DNA of 11,315 nt from assembly GCA_046758445.1 (NCBI GenBank), contig JBHIAE010000077.1:1-11315 (forward strand), in the 5' to 3' direction. The notes below the pieces were generated by a model. The model was given only the letters and a program-made list of their open reading frames with translations. It had not been told where the DNA came from and made no database searches. The number at the start of each line of letters is the position of its first letter. Within the stretch, counting starts at the first letter, position 1. A program made the translations under genes and the position numbers. Below, piece after piece: positions 8,032 to 11,315 of the stretch. The stretch is from Candidatus Thorarchaeota archaeon (GTDB lineage Archaea > Asgardarchaeota > Thorarchaeia > Thorarchaeales > Thorarchaeaceae).

Positions 8032-8039
8032 TCTTTAAG
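8032..8039 (-). promoter_or_regulatory. Putative archaeal TATA box for the debranching enzyme / MBL hydrolase pair
   Basis: CTTAAAGA on the minus strand about 40 nt upstream of GTG 7992, identical to the octamer at 238-245. Confidence 0.45.
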
Positions 8040-8130
8040 GCTTGTGTGATACGGCCATCGAACACCATGATAGTTACGGTCATAAGGACCCTCGATTTGC
8101 TTAGAACTTAGAAACTGAAGAGGCTAGGAG

Positions 8131-9399
8131 ATGTCTGAGGTCGAGAATGGGTCGTCATCAGAAGCTATTGAGTTAGCTGTTGCTGCCGACACATACAGAG
8201 AGTTCCTCGGTCTCAGCGGCACCCTGTGGCGTCTCGCCGTTGTCACAGGTATTGCCCAGTTCACAATGAGCCTTTGGAACTGGGAGTTCAGCATCTTCCT
8301 TGAAACCTTTCTAGAGCCTTGGCAGATGGGACTGACCTTTGCAGTGAGCACCTCTGCTAGCCTGATAGGGTATATTCTGTCCGGGACGATTGCAGACTTC
8401 ATAGGTCGAAAGAAAACGATGGCCTTCGCATTCATTCCGATAACCATTGGTCTGACTACAATCTCAAGGTACCCAATATGGCCCATTATCCCGCTTGAAT
8501 ATGCCCTTGTGCAATTCGGATTCAGTTTCATCCTCATAATGGCCATAGCAATCCCTGCTGATGAGATTGAGGCGACAGGTGGACACAATGCTGCACGAAG
8601 ATTCACCATGGTTCTCATGCCCGCGTTCCTCGTTGACGGACTCAGTCCAATACTGGGTGCGACACTGTTACGCGTGGGATATGCACCTAGTGACCTTCAC
8701 ATGTTGGCGGCAGCAGGGTCAATCGTCGCTTTCGTCGCAACAATCCTCTTCGTGAGAGAATCGCTGCATGGAACGATCATTGAGAAGGCAAGGACTGGAC
8801 CTTTGATTTCATTCAGAAGGCTTGGAACCAATTTCTGGAGGCTGGGAGGAGGCATGATTGGCTTCGTCTTCTGCTTCAATGCCGCATTACCCTACTGGGG
8901 GAATCTTGTGGTTGGTGAGTGGGGAATTGACGAGACCACTTTCGGTTATGCATGGAGCGCCTTCTCCATAGCCACTGTACTGCTCATGCACACCGTCAGC
9001 GGACTTGCAGACAGAAATGTCAAGAAAGCTCTGACTGTAGCTATAGTATGGAACGCTTTCATGATTCTTGGATTTTCATTCTCAGGTGGACTCTTGGCAC
9101 TCATTGTCTTCAATATTGTATGGGCACTCCCAGTCGTACTGTGGATAGGAGCAGAGAGAACACTCGTTGTAGCTGATGTGGAAGAGCAGGACAAGGGAAG
9201 GGCTCTCGGCACATATCAGTTTATGATGACTTCGACGAACCTGGTTGCAGCACCATTCGGCGCATTTCTCTGGACAGCCACAGGCAGTCTTAGATCAGTT
9301 TGGATCTTCTCAGGGATTGGGGGTCTGATGGCAGCTGTAGTTCTGGCGGTAGCTCTTAGGTCGATGGTAACGGAGAAATCGCGCGAAGTAGACTATTAG
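8131..9399 (+). CDS. MFS transporter, 422 aa
   Basis: About 12 hydrophobic segments in two halves. MFS motif A GTIADFIGRKK is followed by a degenerate second copy GLADRNVKK, and DKGRALG precedes the 11th helix. Confidence 0.93.
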   Translation: MSEVENGSSSEAIELAVAADTYREFLGLSGTLWRLAVVTGIAQFTMSLWNWEFSIFLETFLEPWQMGLTFAVSTSASLIGYILSGTIADFIGRKKTMAFAFIPITIGLTTISRYPIWPIIPLEYALVQFGFSFILIMAIAIPADEIEATGGHNAARRFTMVLMPAFLVDGLSPILGATLLRVGYAPSDLHMLAAAGSIVAFVATILFVRESLHGTIIEKARTGPLISFRRLGTNFWRLGGGMIGFVFCFNAALPYWGNLVVGEWGIDETTFGYAWSAFSIATVLLMHTVSGLADRNVKKALTVAIVWNAFMILGFSFSGGLLALIVFNIVWALPVVLWIGAERTLVVADVEEQDKGRALGTYQFMMTSTNLVAAPFGAFLWTATGSLRSVWIFSGIGGLMAAVVLAVALRSMVTEKSREVDY

Positions 9400-9474
9400 C
9401 TCGGCATTTCCGAGGAACCTTCTTATCTCAGGTCGCGTCTATGTAGTGATATCGGGGTGTAGTGAGGCTATCAA

Positions 9475-10194
9475 GTGGAAGATGAAGGCTCCAAGATAAC
9501 TCGAAGACTGAAGCAGATAGGCGACCTCCTGCTAGGTGGTGCCAGGTCTCAAGTCAACAGCTATCGAAGTCGGTTCAACAATCTTGTTGGAACCTATGAC
9601 TCATTCCTATCTCAACTGATAGAAGACTACACATCACCTGCAGTCAGATCAGACTTCGTTGACTCTTTCTTCGGGAAGCGCGTTCTTTCATTTGCGGGCA
9701 TTGATGGGACTGTCTGCAAATACGATGTGTTTGATTTGTTGGTCTTCTTTGCAGGCGCCTACTCGTCACACGGTCATGTCCATGTGAGTGAAGAAGGTAC
9801 CCTTTCAGTTGAGTATGAAGAGGATTTCTTGGAGAGAGGAGTTGGGGTTTCTAGTGTGCTGCCCATATACATCAATGAGGTTCCTCTCGTTGACCAGACT
9901 ATCCTAACAAGGTCTGAAGACGGCTCAGTTGATGAAACAGTTGCGCATTCTGATTCTTGGATAGTTGACAACTCAGCATTTGCAGACTACCTGATGACTC
10001 TCTCAGAGTTCTACCTAGCATATACGCTAGTTTCGCAAGAAGACCCAGTTGATATCCTTCTACTTGACAGAGTCTGTTCATCGGAGATTTCTTCATCCTA
10101 TGCTGAGACGTCGGATTTCAGAATAGACGTCGAGAAGGAGTGCGGACTCATTGGCGCAAAAGTATCCGGTCGCCCATTTACAGCTACAGATTGA
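9475..10194 (+). CDS. nurA: NurA-family nuclease, N-terminal segment up to the in-frame TGA
   Basis: 239-aa ORF carrying the acidic catalytic motifs AGIDGT, LSE and LLLD. Confidence 0.7.
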   Translation: MEDEGSKITRRLKQIGDLLLGGARSQVNSYRSRFNNLVGTYDSFLSQLIEDYTSPAVRSDFVDSFFGKRVLSFAGIDGTVCKYDVFDLLVFFAGAYSSHGHVHVSEEGTLSVEYEEDFLERGVGVSSVLPIYINEVPLVDQTILTRSEDGSVDETVAHSDSWIVDNSAFADYLMTLSEFYLAYTLVSQEDPVDILLLDRVCSSEISSSYAETSDFRIDVEKECGLIGAKVSGRPFTATD

Positions 10195-11315
10195 ATACTC
10201 TCTCGTCGGCTATTTGGCAATCTCGAGCTTGGGACACCAGCCGCTCGTGGAGAGTACTTCTCGCCAAGGATAATCACTGAACTGATGGTTTCTAGTTCCG
10301 GCCTCAGCAGAGAGGAGCTGGCAAGCCGTTTGGGGTTGAAGACAAACGACAGAATGGAGAAACTGGACAGAGAATTGGAAGCTGTTATGAAAGGGAAGAG
10401 AGGCGGCAAAGGAGTTGTGGTGAGGAAGGGAGCACACTTCTCAATTCGTCCTGAGTATAGAGACCTCAAGACAAGGCTTCGCACCCTAGTAGAACAGACT
10501 TGTGGGCGTCTATTCTCAGAGGACTCGTCGGTTCTCTTCGAGCATAGGTTCAAGATTGGCGACCGTTGGTTAACCACGAACGATTTGTCTTTCCTCGCTT
10601 TAGCATGTCTATATCTTACTGTTGAGAGTTGCTGGGCAAATAGGACGCTTCTTCTGGGAGTCGCGAAAGATACGTCCGCGCGTGACTTCAAGAAACAGCT
10701 GATACCTGTATTGAACCATACCGGCCTATTCAAAGGAGGATTCTCCGGGAAGGAGGGCGACACTCCAGACACTGATCAGATGATTCTGCTGTGGACATCC
10801 CTTCATGAACGAGAGAATCTGAAGACTCCATGGGCCACCTTGGAGTATGATACTGCGTTCAAGACTATTGTGCCACACTTTGACCGAAAGCCGGGCCTTG
10901 TCTCCGGGGCCAGGAGAAACCAGATCTCTCTTGAGAAGACATTTGTCAAGGCATACTTCCAACTATGTGAGGCAGGTTCAGACTCCAAGCTCCGAAGCAA
11001 CGTGCTACTGTACGACCGTCTGGTCTATCCCGAGTTTGACACTGATGAGGGGCAAGTAGCAACCCTCAGACACGACTATTCAGGAGGAAGCATGGACCAT
11101 GAACCAGTCGACGTTGTTCTCTACAGTGGGCATCAGAATCCGATCCAGGAGTTTGTCATGCAAATGTTTGGCGCGATGACTAGCATGAGCATACCTGATC
11201 TGTTTGGACACCTGAAGCCTCTATTCGTAGCTGACAAGGTTGCGAAGTATTACTTCAAACAGTTTCGCGCTATGGTCGAGAGTGCCGGAAATTGGCTAGT
11301 CAATAGGCCGGAACT
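10195..11315 (+). CDS. nurA: NurA-family nuclease, C-terminal segment (same frame; first ATG at 10285; runs off the window)
   Basis: Manual translation: ILSRRLFGNLELGTPAARGEYFSPRIITELMVSSSGLSREELASRLGL...WLTTNDLSFL...LLGVAKDTSARDFK...PWATLEYDTAFKT...NVLLYDRLVYP...GHLKPLFVADKVAK...WLVNRPE. It is absent from the ORF track because it has no stop inside the window. Confidence 0.75.
   Translation, partial: MLSRRLFGNLELGTPAARGEYFSPRIITELMVSSSGLSREELASRLGLKTNDRMEKLDRELEAVMKGKRGGKGVVVRKGAHFSIRPEYRDLKTRLRTLVEQTCGRLFSEDSSVLFEHRFKIGDRWLTTNDLSFLALACLYLTVESCWANRTLLLGVAKDTSARDFKKQLIPVLNHTGLFKGGFSGKEGDTPDTDQMILLWTSLHERENLKTPWATLEYDTAFKTIVPHFDRKPGLVSGARRNQISLEKTFVKAYFQLCEAGSDSKLRSNVLLYDRLVYPEFDTDEGQVATLRHDYSGGSMDHEPVDVVLYSGHQNPIQEFVMQMFGAMTSMSIPDLFGHLKPLFVADKVAKYYFKQFRAMVESAGNWLVNRPE

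Larger units (their letters stand above)
9475..11315 (+). pseudogene. nurA: NurA-family nuclease gene (>613 codons, 3' end beyond window) interrupted by one in-frame TGA at 10192-10194; pseudogene, sequence error or recoding
   Basis: A single reading frame carries FAGIDGT, MTLSE and ILLLDR before the TGA, and LLGVAKDT and FGHLKPLFVADKVAK after it. There is no other stop in 373 codons after the TGA. The GTG start has GAGG 8 nt upstream. Confidence 0.75.

Noticed and set aside
10098-10772. 224-aa minus-strand ORF
   Set aside because: It is an antisense shadow of the nurA frame, Ser/Arg/Pro-rich and without motifs.
1-11315. Alternative genetic code (TGA read as Trp or Gly)
   Set aside because: TGA ends the phosphatase and debranching genes at their expected C-termini with further stops soon after, and only one internal TGA was found.
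1-11315. CRISPR array, tRNA, rRNA, transposase or integrase
   Set aside because: I saw no regularly spaced repeats, cloverleaf motifs, terminal inverted repeats or recombinase motifs, and the intergenic gaps are short.

Overview
Gene-dense, roughly 50% GC window that looks archaeal: GTG/TTG starts, GAGG/GGAG ribosome-binding motifs, CTTAAAGA-type TATA boxes, an archaeal-type glycogen debranching enzyme and NurA. An Asgard (Thorarchaeia-like) origin is my inference only. Gene order: (1) a C4HC-type zinc-finger gene running off the left edge, missed by the ORF track; (2) a histidine-phosphatase-fold protein with degenerate catalytic motifs; (3) a convergent ~1194-aa secreted, C-terminally anchored, sequon-rich surface (S-layer-like) glycoprotein with a hairpin terminator and a long leader; (4) an MBL-fold metallo-hydrolase; (5) a full-length GH133 amylo-alpha-1,6-glucosidase homolog whose catalytic and sugar-binding residues appear systematically replaced; (6) an MFS transporter; (7) an unusually long NurA-family nuclease with an apparent winged-helix insertion and one in-frame TGA at 10192-10194, whose frame stays open past the right edge. 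I saw no rRNA, tRNA, CRISPR array or mobile element. All family calls rest on motifs recognised by eye, not on database searches.
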